From Bacteroidota bacterium (GTDB taxonomy: Bacteria; Bacteroidota; Bacteroidia; Bacteroidales; JAGONC01), in contig JAPLDP010000089.1 in assembly GCA_026391695.1 (NCBI GenBank), positions 5,042-69,041 of the forward strand: a stretch of DNA of 64,000 nucleotides. Reading direction: 5' to 3'. Below, in pieces: positions 9,041 to 18,985 of this stretch. The notes below the pieces were generated by a model, which saw only the letters and a list, made by a program, of their open reading frames with translations, was not told where the DNA came from and made no database searches. Within the stretch, counting starts at the first letter, position 1. Each line of letters opens with the position of its first letter. A program made the translations under genes and the position numbers.

Positions 9041-12000
9041 ATGGCAAGATTACCGAAAATACTCCTCATCCTTCTTTTATTGAATGCCGGCAATGGTCTG
9101 GTATTTTCACAGGGAATAAAGCATTTCACTGCCGATCCTGTCATTTTCCCTCAGGAAATGAAGACATTTTTTGAACAAGTAATCGGCGATAAAAGCCAGG
9201 ATGTAAAAAAGGTGCTGTCGGAGTTTGAAGATGCCTGGTCATCAGGCACATATAATTCAAACCAGAAGACTCTCATCTATTACCTGTCAAATCTTATGCT
9301 TAAATCCCAGTTGAAACCCTACCCTTACTTTTATGAATATCTGCGGACTATAGTGAATTTTGCGGCCTTTCAATTTCCGGCATCCGCTTTCGATGCATTG
9401 CATTCCAGCCTGGAACCTTTGATTACCGAACCTGATACACGCAGACTTTCTGATTATCTTGAAAACATCAACATGGTGATTGAAGAGCACTGCCTTTATA
9501 ACGCTGCAGGAACAACATGGAAGTTCCGCAACGCGGAATATGCCTTCAATTATGATACAGTTCCTGAACTCGCCTTTGCGAAGCTGGATCTGGCATGCTA
9601 TGCCAGCCGCGACAGTATCGCTATTTTTAACACCCGGGGAATATACTATCCTACACTCGGAATATGGAAGGGCAAAGGTGGCAGGGTCACATGGGAACGG
9701 GCTGGCTTTGACCCTGACACGGTATATGCAGAACTGGATTTCTATGAGATAAGGCTTGAACATGCCAGTTATGCCGCTGAATCGGTAAAATATATCAACA
9801 AAGATTATTTCAGGCAACCTCTGTTCGGCCAGCTTGAAGATAAAGTGATGGCTAACACCACAGCAGAAAATGCCGTTTATCCGAAATTCACTTCCTATCT
9901 CAAAAGGATCCAAATCCTGAACCTCTTCGACAAAATCGATTATGATGGCGGATTTACTATGGAAGGTCATGTCGTCATCGGCTCAGGATATGAAGGAGGG
10001 GATGCGAGCGTGATCATCAAAAAAAACAGGCAGGAATTCATGATTCTCGGCTCACAGCGGTTCATGATCCTGAAAGATCGTATTCTGTCGGATGATGCAT
10101 CGCTCATCATTTACTACGAAACAGATTCTATTTTTCATCCTGATCTGCGCATGAAATACATCGATTCGGAAAAGGAACTTACGCTGATGCGCGGAGAGGA
10201 AGGTTTATCCCTGAGTCCGTTTTTTGATTCTTACCATGAAATTGATATGCATTTTGAGGCTCTGACATGGAAACTTGACAAACCGACTATGGATTTTGAA
10301 AAAATTAAAAGTATTAATCCTGAAAGTAAAGCCGTCTTTGAATCGAATGATTATTATTCCGAAAACCGGTTCGAGCGGCTGAAGGGAATCGATGAAGTGA
10401 ATCCGCTGATCATCATAAAAAATCTGGTCAGGAATATTCCGTCAGGTCAGTTTTATGCTGAGGATCTTTCCAATTCCATGGGAATATCTATCGACCAGGT
10501 CAGGGCGATCATTATCACCCTGGCCGGTAAAGGATTCCTCGATTATGACCCCAAAACTGAATTGGTTACGGTAAAAGACAAGCTATATAAATACATTGAT
10601 TCAAAAGGTGGCAGAAGGGATTACGACGTGATACAGTTCCCATCGGATGTCAAAGACCAAAGCAATGCTACGCTGAATATCAACACTTTTGACATCACTA
10701 TCAAGGGCGTCCCTCAGGTATTTCTGAGCGATTCACAACAGGTTTTCATTTTTCCGCGGGGCAATCAGATCATCCTCAGAAATAACCGGGATTTTATCTT
10801 CTCCGGCCGTATCCATGCCGGCCTCCTCGACTTTTATGCCAGCAACTGCTTCTTCAATTACGATACGTTTAAACTGAGCATGCCTGTCATCGATTCCCTG
10901 TCATTTATGGTACATGGCAGAATACCTGATAATGAAGGTATATACCCGATTGTTCCTGTCCATTCTGTCATCCGTAACCTGAATGGTACCTTATGGATTG
11001 ATTACCCTCAAAATAAATCGAGTCTGAAAGATTATCCGAAATACCCCTATTTTACCAGCAAAGACATCTCTTATGTCTACTATAACGATACCCATATCGA
11101 AAATGGCATTTATGATTCAAGCAGGTTCTACTACCAGGTTGACCCTTTCACTTTCGACAGTCTGAATACCTTTAGCACGGATAATCTTGAATTTAAGGGA
11201 AAACTGGTTTCCGGCGGAATACTTCCTGAGATCGACAGTCCGTTAAAGGTGCAGGATGATTATTCTCTTGGCTTTAAGATAAATACCCCACTGTCGGGTT
11301 ATCCCCTTTACGGAGGAAAAGGTCTGTTTTACGATACGATCCAGTTGAGTAACAGAGGATTAAAAGGTAATGGACGATTACAGTACCTGAATTCTAAATC
11401 AGCTTCCCGTGACTTTACCTTCTACCCAAATTCAGCGAAGGCTGTTCTTGATACCTTCAACCTATCGGAACAGTTTGCCAGGGTTGAATATCCCTCTGTC
11501 AGGGCAGGAAAAAGTGACTTATTATGGTTTCCGCATGCTGATTCGATGCTGGTTTCAAATATCGCTCCCTCCTACCTGGGCATGTATAAAGACCAGGTGA
11601 ATCTGGATGGAACACTCTGCCTGACACCCGACAGGCTAAATGGGTGGGGAAAACTGCACATCATGGATGCCGATCTTGTTTCAACAGCTTTCAGTTTCAA
11701 ACAACATGTAATTGATGCGGATACAACCAAATTCTCCATCAGGACACCTGATGGCAAGCAGGTCGCTTTTACCGCACTGGTAGGCAATTCCCATATGGAT
11801 CTCGATGAAAGAAAAGGGTCATTCCGGACTGGCGGACAAGTCTCAAAGGTCTATTTCCCTTTCAACCAGTTTATCTGCTATATGAATGAATTCGACTGGT
11901 TTATGGACGAATCGAAAATCTTCCTGAACAATACACTGGCCGTTGACCAGGAAACTATCAACAAAATGAGTTACAGTGAGCTGATCAATACTGACTTGAA

Positions 12001-13528
12001 AGGATCCGACTTCATCTCACTTCATCCTGGTCAGGATTCTCTGCGATTCTTCTCTACGAAAGCTACGATGGATTTGACAAACAATATGCTCACTGCCGAA
12101 GGCGTCAGGATTCTGAAGATTGCCGATGCGGCAATTTTTCCCGGCGACAGCAGGATCATTATTGGCCCGGGGGCAGCTATCAGCCCATTAAGCATGGCAA
12201 CCATCATGGCTGATACCAGTACAAAATACCACTCCGTCTATAATGCTTCTGTCAATATCCTGTCGGCTAAGAATTATCTTGCCAATGGCTATTATGATTA
12301 TACCGATGAAACCGGAAAAGTGCAGCAGATCAGATTCGGGAAAATCACCGTTGATACAGCCTTTCAAACAACAGCAACAGGAAACATATCCGATTCAGCC
12401 TCTTTCCGGCTCAGCCCGCAGTTTGACTTCATTGGGCAGGCAGTTTTGCATGCCCCCCGCCAGTATCTGGCTTTCAAAGGAGGATACAGGATACGGCAGG
12501 ATTGTATCTTCGACACCCTCTCCTGGGTCAGATTCACTGCTGAAATCAATCCTGATAAAGTGGTCTTGCCTGTTTCTGAGGAACTGACAGACCTTAATAA
12601 CAGGAAGCTGTCGGATGGCATATTATTATCACTGGGACAAACGATTTATCCGGCTTTCTTCAGAGTCAGGGAACGGTTTAGTGATGCAGAGATCACATCA
12701 TCCAAAGGATACATTTTTTATGATAAAAAACTGGAGGAATTCAAGGTTGGCAGCCTCGACAGGCTGAATAAAGTGACACGTGCAGGAAACCTCATTATCC
12801 TAAATAACAGGCTTTGCACGCTGTATGGTGATGGGATCATCAACCTTGGTCTGGATTATGGCGAAGTAAAATTGACCACTTATGGCAGCACTATCAATTA
12901 CCTGATTCCGGATTCCACGATCTTCAGCCTGGTGATGGGAATTGATTTCTTTTTTGCCGATGAGCTTCTCAGCTTTATTTGCGACACGCTGCAACGTGCT
13001 AATCTCAAAGCTGTCAATATAACCAGCGAAAAATATATTAAAGCACTTACCGACATCCTTGGCACACAATCTGCCGACAAGCTGATATCAGATATAAACC
13101 TTTACGGTAGTTTAAAAAAACTACCCCAGGAACTGGAACATACCCTGTTTTTCTCCGATGTAAACATGGTATGGAATCCGGTGACACGATCTTACATCTC
13201 AGCAGGTCCTATTGGAATCGGTAATATCAAAGATAGGATCATCAACAAATATGTCGATGGCTATATCGAATTGGCAAAAAAAAGAAGCGGAGATGTACTG
13301 AACATCTATCTTAAACCATCAAACAGGTCATGGTATTATCTCAACTTTACTAACCACACTATGCAGGTTATCACTTCCGATGTTGACTTCAACAATATGC
13401 TTATCAACATGAAAGAAAAATACCGGGTGCTTGATCTGGAAGATACAAAAGAGGACTACCAATTCATTATTTCCACGTCACAGAAGGTATCGGAGTTCTT
13501 ACGCAAGATGCAATCACTCGGCAAATAG
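9041..13528 (+). CDS. Large (1495 aa) signal-peptide protein of unknown function
   Basis: Uninterrupted 4.5-kb ORF with a signal peptide MARLPKILLILLLLNAGNGLVFS|Q. There is a helical-looking N-terminal ~130 aa, then a long aromatic/Asn/Asp-rich region. I recognise no catalytic or sorting motif. It starts 22 nt after prmA and ends 8 nt before plsY. Confidence 0.8.
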   Translation: MARLPKILLILLLLNAGNGLVFSQGIKHFTADPVIFPQEMKTFFEQVIGDKSQDVKKVLSEFEDAWSSGTYNSNQKTLIYYLSNLMLKSQLKPYPYFYEYLRTIVNFAAFQFPASAFDALHSSLEPLITEPDTRRLSDYLENINMVIEEHCLYNAAGTTWKFRNAEYAFNYDTVPELAFAKLDLACYASRDSIAIFNTRGIYYPTLGIWKGKGGRVTWERAGFDPDTVYAELDFYEIRLEHASYAAESVKYINKDYFRQPLFGQLEDKVMANTTAENAVYPKFTSYLKRIQILNLFDKIDYDGGFTMEGHVVIGSGYEGGDASVIIKKNRQEFMILGSQRFMILKDRILSDDASLIIYYETDSIFHPDLRMKYIDSEKELTLMRGEEGLSLSPFFDSYHEIDMHFEALTWKLDKPTMDFEKIKSINPESKAVFESNDYYSENRFERLKGIDEVNPLIIIKNLVRNIPSGQFYAEDLSNSMGISIDQVRAIIITLAGKGFLDYDPKTELVTVKDKLYKYIDSKGGRRDYDVIQFPSDVKDQSNATLNINTFDITIKGVPQVFLSDSQQVFIFPRGNQIILRNNRDFIFSGRIHAGLLDFYASNCFFNYDTFKLSMPVIDSLSFMVHGRIPDNEGIYPIVPVHSVIRNLNGTLWIDYPQNKSSLKDYPKYPYFTSKDISYVYYNDTHIENGIYDSSRFYYQVDPFTFDSLNTFSTDNLEFKGKLVSGGILPEIDSPLKVQDDYSLGFKINTPLSGYPLYGGKGLFYDTIQLSNRGLKGNGRLQYLNSKSASRDFTFYPNSAKAVLDTFNLSEQFARVEYPSVRAGKSDLLWFPHADSMLVSNIAPSYLGMYKDQVNLDGTLCLTPDRLNGWGKLHIMDADLVSTAFSFKQHVIDADTTKFSIRTPDGKQVAFTALVGNSHMDLDERKGSFRTGGQVSKVYFPFNQFICYMNEFDWFMDESKIFLNNTLAVDQETINKMSYSELINTDLKGSDFISLHPGQDSLRFFSTKATMDLTNNMLTAEGVRILKIADAAIFPGDSRIIIGPGAAISPLSMATIMADTSTKYHSVYNASVNILSAKNYLANGYYDYTDETGKVQQIRFGKITVDTAFQTTATGNISDSASFRLSPQFDFIGQAVLHAPRQYLAFKGGYRIRQDCIFDTLSWVRFTAEINPDKVVLPVSEELTDLNNRKLSDGILLSLGQTIYPAFFRVRERFSDAEITSSKGYIFYDKKLEEFKVGSLDRLNKVTRAGNLIILNNRLCTLYGDGIINLGLDYGEVKLTTYGSTINYLIPDSTIFSLVMGIDFFFADELLSFICDTLQRANLKAVNITSEKYIKALTDILGTQSADKLISDINLYGSLKKLPQELEHTLFFSDVNMVWNPVTRSYISAGPIGIGNIKDRIINKYVDGYIELAKKRSGDVLNIYLKPSNRSWYYLNFTNHTMQVITSDVDFNNMLINMKEKYRVLDLEDTKEDYQFIISTSQKVSEFLRKMQSLGK

Positions 13529-13536
13529 ACCTGACA

Positions 13537-14178
13537 TTGATCAATATTCATACAATCGCGGCAATATTCATAGCCTACCTGGCAGGATCGATCCCAACGT
13601 CTGTATGGGTTGGCAGGCTTTTTTATGGCGTCGACATCCGTGATCATGGGAGCGGTAATGCCGGTGGCACGAATACAATCCGTGTCCTTGGCGTGAAAGC
13701 CGGTATTCCCGTTATTGTCATCGATGTCTTCAAAGGATGGTTTGCTGTGTTTCTTTCGCATTTCTTTCATGAAGGTATCACCACGACAGAACAGCTTGTC
13801 ACGTTCGAGATCATACTCGGTTCTGCCGCCGTTCTTGGACATGTGTTCCCTATCTTCGCAGGATTCAGGGGAGGCAAAGGGGTGGCGACATTATTGGGCG
13901 TCGGCATAGCACTTTACCCTTGGGCCAGCCTGATCACGGCTGTGGTATTCGTCACTGTCTTCCTTCTCACCAGATGGGTCTCCCTCTCTTCTATATCAGC
14001 TGCATTAATGTTTCCGGTTATAGAAATCATCATCCTTGGCCATCATGACTATCTGTCATTGATGCTGCTTTCGATCGCCGTCGGAATCTTTATCCCCCTG
14101 TCGCACAGGAAGAATATTAAAAGACTGCTCAGGAAGGAAGAGCCGAAATTTAGGTTTAAAAAGCAGGATACATCTTAA
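13537..14178 (+). CDS. plsY: Glycerol-3-phosphate acyltransferase PlsY
   Basis: AYLAGSIPTSVW and GSGNAGGTN motifs in a multi-TM protein. The start is a TTG at 13537; there is no upstream in-frame ATG. Confidence 0.85.
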   Translation: MINIHTIAAIFIAYLAGSIPTSVWVGRLFYGVDIRDHGSGNAGGTNTIRVLGVKAGIPVIVIDVFKGWFAVFLSHFFHEGITTTEQLVTFEIILGSAAVLGHVFPIFAGFRGGKGVATLLGVGIALYPWASLITAVVFVTVFLLTRWVSLSSISAALMFPVIEIIILGHHDYLSLMLLSIAVGIFIPLSHRKNIKRLLRKEEPKFRFKKQDTS

Positions 14179-14182
14179 GTGA

Positions 14183-14929
14183 TTATTCCCGGCTGCAAAC
14201 AACAACAAATTCCCGCGAATCAGGAACAAGATCTTTACCGCTAAAATCACCATAAATATGTTTAAGCGTAAGCTCAGACCGATGCACTAAATGTTCAATT
14301 TCATACCGGAAATAAAACCGCATTGGAAAGCTCCATGTTTCGGTTTTTTCATTGCCACCTTCACCAAGGATAAAAGTCATGGTCACATAACTGATCTGGT
14401 CGATCAGGTCAGCATGCATCGATATTACCCGTTTAAGGGGTTTCCCCTGATATTCTCCCTCAAAATCAACTTGTTCGGTAAGGCCCTCCAATAACATTTT
14501 CAGGCTGGGGACATACAAGTCAAAAATGAAAATACCACCAGGTTCCAGGTGGTCATAAACCTTGTTTAAGGCGGCAACCTGGTCATCAGGTTGCGTGATA
14601 TGCGACAAAACACGGAAGGCGGCAAGGATGAGGTGAAATCTTTTATCGAGCTTCATATTCACCATATCCTGGACGCTGACGCGGTCATGATATTTCCGGT
14701 CAATCTTTTTCTTCAGCACATCAATCATGCTTTGGCTGATATCGATGCCATAGATGTTAGCACCTGCTGAAAGGGCTTCTGTGAAAAACCGCCCTGTCCC
14801 CACGCCTATCTCAAGGACAGGACCTCTTACCTGCAAGATCTGCTTGAGATAAAACTGCTTGTCGGCCCCTGACAATACCTTATCGTACACCACATCATAA
14901 TAATGCGCCACAAAATTGGGATACTCCAT
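14183..14929 (-). CDS. Class I SAM-dependent methyltransferase
   Basis: SAM motif I VLEIGVGTGRF, and a post-I acidic residue in YGIDIS. Confidence 0.8.
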   Translation of the reverse strand: MEYPNFVAHYYDVVYDKVLSGADKQFYLKQILQVRGPVLEIGVGTGRFFTEALSAGANIYGIDISQSMIDVLKKKIDRKYHDRVSVQDMVNMKLDKRFHLILAAFRVLSHITQPDDQVAALNKVYDHLEPGGIFIFDLYVPSLKMLLEGLTEQVDFEGEYQGKPLKRVISMHADLIDQISYVTMTFILGEGGNEKTETWSFPMRFYFRYEIEHLVHRSELTLKHIYGDFSGKDLVPDSREFVVVCSRE

Positions 14930-14977
14930 AAAACAAATCGACTATTATATTGTTTAAACTAACTATATTAATACTTG

Positions 14978-14985
14978 CAAAGCTA
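14978..14985 (-). promoter_or_regulatory. Candidate -7 box TAGCTTTG for the methyltransferase gene
   Basis: The plus strand reads caaagcta. It lies 48 nt upstream of the ATG at 14929. Confidence 0.35.
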
Positions 14986-15037
14986 ATTAAAAATATCCTG
15001 TACGGGGGTAAATAATCTCTTCCCAACAGGAATTAAT

Positions 15038-15045
15038 TATCTTTG
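15038..15045 (+). promoter_or_regulatory. Candidate -7 box TATCTTTG for mrp-nifU
   Basis: TAnnTTTG match 32 nt upstream of the ATG at 15078. Confidence 0.45.
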
Positions 15046-15077
15046 TGCTCCTTTAATTATCAAGGAATTCAGTAATA

Positions 15078-16187
15078 ATGAGCATAACAAAAGAACAGGT
15101 CATCGATGCACTGCGCCATGTCAATGACCCGGATCTGAAGAAAGACCTGATCACGCTGAATATGATCGACGACATCAGGATCGAAGGTGATACAGTCAGT
15201 TTCAGGCTTGTTCTCACAACGCCGGCCTGTCCGTTGAAAAACCTCATGCAAAAGAATTCCATTGAGGCGATTCACCAATATGTGGATAAGACTGCACAAG
15301 TGGAGGTGGATCTAACATCCAGGGTGACCAGCCGCCGGAAAATAACTGAAGAGATGCTTTCGGGAGTGAAAAATATTATTGCCATAGCCTCAGGAAAAGG
15401 TGGCGTCGGCAAATCGACGGTGGCGGCAAACCTCGCCGTTGCCCTGGGAAAAACAGGCGCCAGGGTCGGATTGATTGATGCCGATATTTACGGTCCTTCT
15501 ATCCCTCTAATGTTTAACCTTGTCAATGAGCATCCTTCTGTTAAAGAAATAAACGGCAAAACCAAGATCATTCCTCTCGAAAAATATGGCATCAGGCTAT
15601 TGTCGATCGGCTTTTTCGTTGATGCTTCACAGGCGCTGATATGGCGCGGTCCAATGGCATCCAATGCAGTGATACAGTTATTTAACGATGCAGACTGGGG
15701 TGAACTGGATTATATGCTTATCGACCTGCCACCGGGAACAGGCGACATACACCTTACTCTTGTCCAGCAGGTACCAGTAACAGGCGTGGCTATCGTCACC
15801 ACCCCGCAGGAAATCGCACTGGCCGATGCAAGAAAAGCAATAAGCATGTTTAGGCAGGAAAAAATCAATGTCCCGGTTTTAGGCCTGATTGAAAACATGT
15901 CGTATTTTACACCGGCTGAACTGCCTGATAATAAATATTATATCTTTGGGAAAGAAGGCGGCAAAAGGCTGGCACAGGAGACACATGTGCCACTGCTGGG
16001 GCAAATACCTTTAGTTCAGAGCGTTTGTGAGTCGGGTGACAACGGCAGCCCTATCGTACTGGATGATTTTTCACCGGTGAGCACAGCTTTTAAAACGCTG
16101 GCAGAAAATATCGCTCAGCAGATAGCTATCAGGAATGTGTTTATTGAAACCAGCCAGAAGGTTACTATACATGGAATAGATAATTAA
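15078..16187 (+). CDS. mrp: Mrp/NBP35 (ApbC) family Fe-S cluster carrier ATPase
   Basis: N-terminal DUF59-like segment, deviant Walker A ASGKGGVGKST, and DLPPGTGD. Confidence 0.9.
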   Translation: MSITKEQVIDALRHVNDPDLKKDLITLNMIDDIRIEGDTVSFRLVLTTPACPLKNLMQKNSIEAIHQYVDKTAQVEVDLTSRVTSRRKITEEMLSGVKNIIAIASGKGGVGKSTVAANLAVALGKTGARVGLIDADIYGPSIPLMFNLVNEHPSVKEINGKTKIIPLEKYGIRLLSIGFFVDASQALIWRGPMASNAVIQLFNDADWGELDYMLIDLPPGTGDIHLTLVQQVPVTGVAIVTTPQEIALADARKAISMFRQEKINVPVLGLIENMSYFTPAELPDNKYYIFGKEGGKRLAQETHVPLLGQIPLVQSVCESGDNGSPIVLDDFSPVSTAFKTLAENIAQQIAIRNVFIETSQKVTIHGIDN

Positions 16188-16202
16188 CAGAAATACTGAA
16201 AT

Positions 16203-16463
16203 ATGATTAATGAAGCAACGAACCATGATGAGCTGACCAAGAAGGTGAAGAATGTCATTGAACAGATAAGGCCTTATTTACAGGCTGATGGAGGTGATAT
16301 TCAGTTTGTCAGCCTCACTGAAGAAAATATTGTCAATGTCGAGCTTATCGGTACTTGCGGATCATGCCCCTATAGCAAGATCACATTAAAAAATGGAGTC
16401 GAGGAAGCTGTCAGACGGGTATTACCCGAGATCAGAGCCGTGGAGGCTATCGAAACCATTTAA
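16203..16463 (+). CDS. NifU-like Fe-S cluster scaffold domain protein
   Basis: IRPYLQADGGDIQFV and GTCGSCP motifs of the NifU C-terminal domain. Confidence 0.8.
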   Translation: MINEATNHDELTKKVKNVIEQIRPYLQADGGDIQFVSLTEENIVNVELIGTCGSCPYSKITLKNGVEEAVRRVLPEIRAVEAIETI

Positions 16464-16491
16464 AGTTGCTATTCCGGTAATTCTAAGCTTT

Positions 16492-18150
16492 TCACGAAAG
16501 GTATTTTGCCACGATGGGCATTCGACGGCCCATGCCAAAGGCCTTTGGTGACACACGCAGAATCGGCGGCGCCTGGTGCCGTTTAAATTCATTGCTGTTT
16601 ACCAACCTAAGGACTGTTCGTACCATTACCTCGTCAAAACCCTGTTTTATAAGATCATCGGGCCCCTGCCGAAGTTCAATGTACTGATACAGTATCCTGT
16701 CCAGAATCTCATAATCCGGCAGTGAATCAGCATCTTTCTGATCTGGCCTAAGCTCGGCAGAAGGTGGCTTATTAATAGTGTTTTCAGGGATGACCTCATA
16801 ATCTTTATTGATGTATCGTGCCAGCCCGAAAACATCGGTCTTATAAACATCACCAAGCACCGAAATACCTCCGCACATATCACCGTAAAGAGTGCCGTAG
16901 CCGACAGCAGCCTCGCTCTTGTTGGATGTATTTAGCAGAATATAACCGAACTTATTGGATAAAGCCATGAGGATAATAGCCCTGATCCTGGCTTGCATGT
17001 TTTCCTCCGTTATATCAAAAGGCAGATCTTTGAAATTTGGCTTGAGTGTTTCTTCAATACTGTTAAAAGATTCTTCGATGCCGATGATGTCAAAACTCAC
17101 ACCCAGGTTTTCGGCCAGCTTTATAGCATCACTTAAGGAATGATAGGATGAATAACGGGAGGGTAACATAACTCCTCTCACATTTTCCTTTCCTAATGCT
17201 CTCTGAGCCAAAACCAATGTTACAGCCGAATCGATACCCCCCGACAGTCCAAGAAGGGCTTTTTTCAGGCCTAACTTCTCAAAATAATTCCTGATCCCCA
17301 TGATGAGGGCATCATGAATGAGGGCAATTTTAGATGTATCCCTCTGTTCTTTCTTCTCATCACTGACCAGATTAATTTTATATCCATCGGATGACCGGTC
17401 ACACTCATATATCCTTAAATCCTCCTCAAAGTAATTCATCTCGTCTACAACTTCACCGTCGTCTCCCACCACCATCGAGCCTCCATCGAAAAGCAGCTCA
17501 GTCTGTGCGCCAACATGATTCACATAAAACAAGGGCATGTGGTATTTTTTCGCATTACCTCCCAATACCTGTTTTCTTCTCAGGGCCTGCTCATAGTGAA
17601 AGGGCGAGGCGGCAATGTTAATCATCAGATCAGGATGCTGGCCACTGAGCACCTCCATGGGCGATACGGTATAAAGGGGTGAATCGCTGATGTCCCATAT
17701 ATCTTCACAGATGGTCAGAGCAATCTTATGATCTTTGAAATCAATAACCTTTATATCTTTAAAAGGCTCAAAATAGCGGTATTCATCGAAAACATCATAA
17801 TTCGGCAGCAGAGTTTTATGGGTCACTGCTTTCACCTTCCCGTCCTGAAGAAAATAGGCTGAGTTGTGCAGGCGTTTGCCTTTTTTATCGGGATTTATAG
17901 AAGGCGACCCCACAATGGCAGCAATGTCAGTACAAACTGAAGCTACATCCAGCACACACCGGTGACACTGTTCGATATAATCGTCAAATTCAAGGAAATC
18001 ACGCGGAGGATAACCGGAAACAGCCAGCTCAGCGAAAACGACCAGATCGGCATTTTTTTCACGGGATTTCCGTATCGCCTGCTTTATCTTGGTGACATTC
18101 GAGTCAAAGTTTCCGATGTGATAATTTATCTGTGCTAAGGCAATCTTCAC
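16492..18150 (-). CDS. nadE: NAD+ synthase (glutamine-hydrolysing)
   Basis: N-terminal CN-hydrolase domain (KIALAQIN..., FAELAVSGYPPRD, ICEDIW) plus a C-terminal PP-loop GLSGGIDSA. Confidence 0.9.
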   Translation of the reverse strand: MKIALAQINYHIGNFDSNVTKIKQAIRKSREKNADLVVFAELAVSGYPPRDFLEFDDYIEQCHRCVLDVASVCTDIAAIVGSPSINPDKKGKRLHNSAYFLQDGKVKAVTHKTLLPNYDVFDEYRYFEPFKDIKVIDFKDHKIALTICEDIWDISDSPLYTVSPMEVLSGQHPDLMINIAASPFHYEQALRRKQVLGGNAKKYHMPLFYVNHVGAQTELLFDGGSMVVGDDGEVVDEMNYFEEDLRIYECDRSSDGYKINLVSDEKKEQRDTSKIALIHDALIMGIRNYFEKLGLKKALLGLSGGIDSAVTLVLAQRALGKENVRGVMLPSRYSSYHSLSDAIKLAENLGVSFDIIGIEESFNSIEETLKPNFKDLPFDITEENMQARIRAIILMALSNKFGYILLNTSNKSEAAVGYGTLYGDMCGGISVLGDVYKTDVFGLARYINKDYEVIPENTINKPPSAELRPDQKDADSLPDYEILDRILYQYIELRQGPDDLIKQGFDEVMVRTVLRLVNSNEFKRHQAPPILRVSPKAFGMGRRMPIVAKYLS

Positions 18151-18205
18151 CTCTTATGATGTTTTCTGAGTAACCGGATGATGATGATAAGCTGCCGGAT
18201 TTCCT

Positions 18206-18907
18206 TTAAAAAATGATGCCGACATTAAATTCAATATAGTTGAGTATAGCCCTCTCCTTGATGTTGGGGTCAACTTTATTGTTTCCGGACAAAATATTTG
18301 TCAGCCCATTGTTATAATTAAAATTGACCAGTATGGATGTGGAGTTGTTGATGAAATATTCTACTCCCGCTCCTATTACAAATGCAGCCCTGAAAAGATT
18401 GATGTTATCCGATATCTTATTTTCCTTCTCTGCAGTTTTCGTAAGTGTACCATCCTGATCAGGATATTCAAACACATCAATACCTTTTGCCGTAATCCTC
18501 ACATCACCAGCCAATCCGATCTGGCCGAAAATAGCAAACTTGTCAAAATTATCCGTCCTCATCTTGATCATGACGGGTAACTGAAAATACTTGATCCGGT
18601 AATTCCTGTTAAGCACGCCGGTAGTATCGATGCCATCCATTTTATATGGAAATGACAGTTTGCCATTGTTGTATTGCAGGTTAAAGCCTGTCGACAGAAA
18701 ATAATTTCCTGCCATGCTGAAATCGCTGATGAATCCCCATGAGAATCCGGCTTGTATCCCATCAGAGGAATATCCCTCGGCATCGGGATTTAACCAGTTT
18801 ATATTTGGCCCCACCTTCAAGCCAAACCTGTAAGGTTTCTTTTCCTGTGACAACAAGGGTAGTGATAAGATCAATATCGCTATAGACAAGAGTCCAATTC
18901 TCTTCAT
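18206..18907 (-). CDS. Small outer-membrane beta-barrel (porin-family) protein
   Basis: Signal peptide, alternating-hydrophobicity strands, aromatic C-terminal residue (...NVGIIF). Confidence 0.65.
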   Translation of the reverse strand: MKRIGLLSIAILILSLPLLSQEKKPYRFGLKVGPNINWLNPDAEGYSSDGIQAGFSWGFISDFSMAGNYFLSTGFNLQYNNGKLSFPYKMDGIDTTGVLNRNYRIKYFQLPVMIKMRTDNFDKFAIFGQIGLAGDVRITAKGIDVFEYPDQDGTLTKTAEKENKISDNINLFRAAFVIGAGVEYFINNSTSILVNFNYNNGLTNILSGNNKVDPNIKERAILNYIEFNVGIIF

Positions 18908-18929
18908 GGTAGACCAGTTATTTGAAGCC

Positions 18930-18937
18930 CAAATTTA
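18930..18937 (-). promoter_or_regulatory. Candidate -7 box TAAATTTG for the OM barrel-nadE unit
   Basis: The plus strand reads caaattta. It lies 22 nt upstream of the ATG at 18907. Confidence 0.45.
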
Positions 18938-18977
18938 CAAAAATTTGCTTTCGCATGTGGAATTCAATTTCAAAACA

Positions 18978-18985
18978 TAATTTTG
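18978..18985 (+). promoter_or_regulatory. Candidate -7 box TAATTTTG for gldB
   Basis: Lies 29 nt upstream of the ATG at 19015, inside the longer ORF-track start at 18922. This supports the 19015 start. Confidence 0.45.

Noticed and set aside
9287-9970. 227-aa antisense ORF inside the 1495-aa gene
   Set aside because: This is a shadow ORF opposite a long, uninterrupted sense ORF. Its composition is Cys/Phe/Ile-rich and nonsense-like, and it has no promoter box or recognisable motif.
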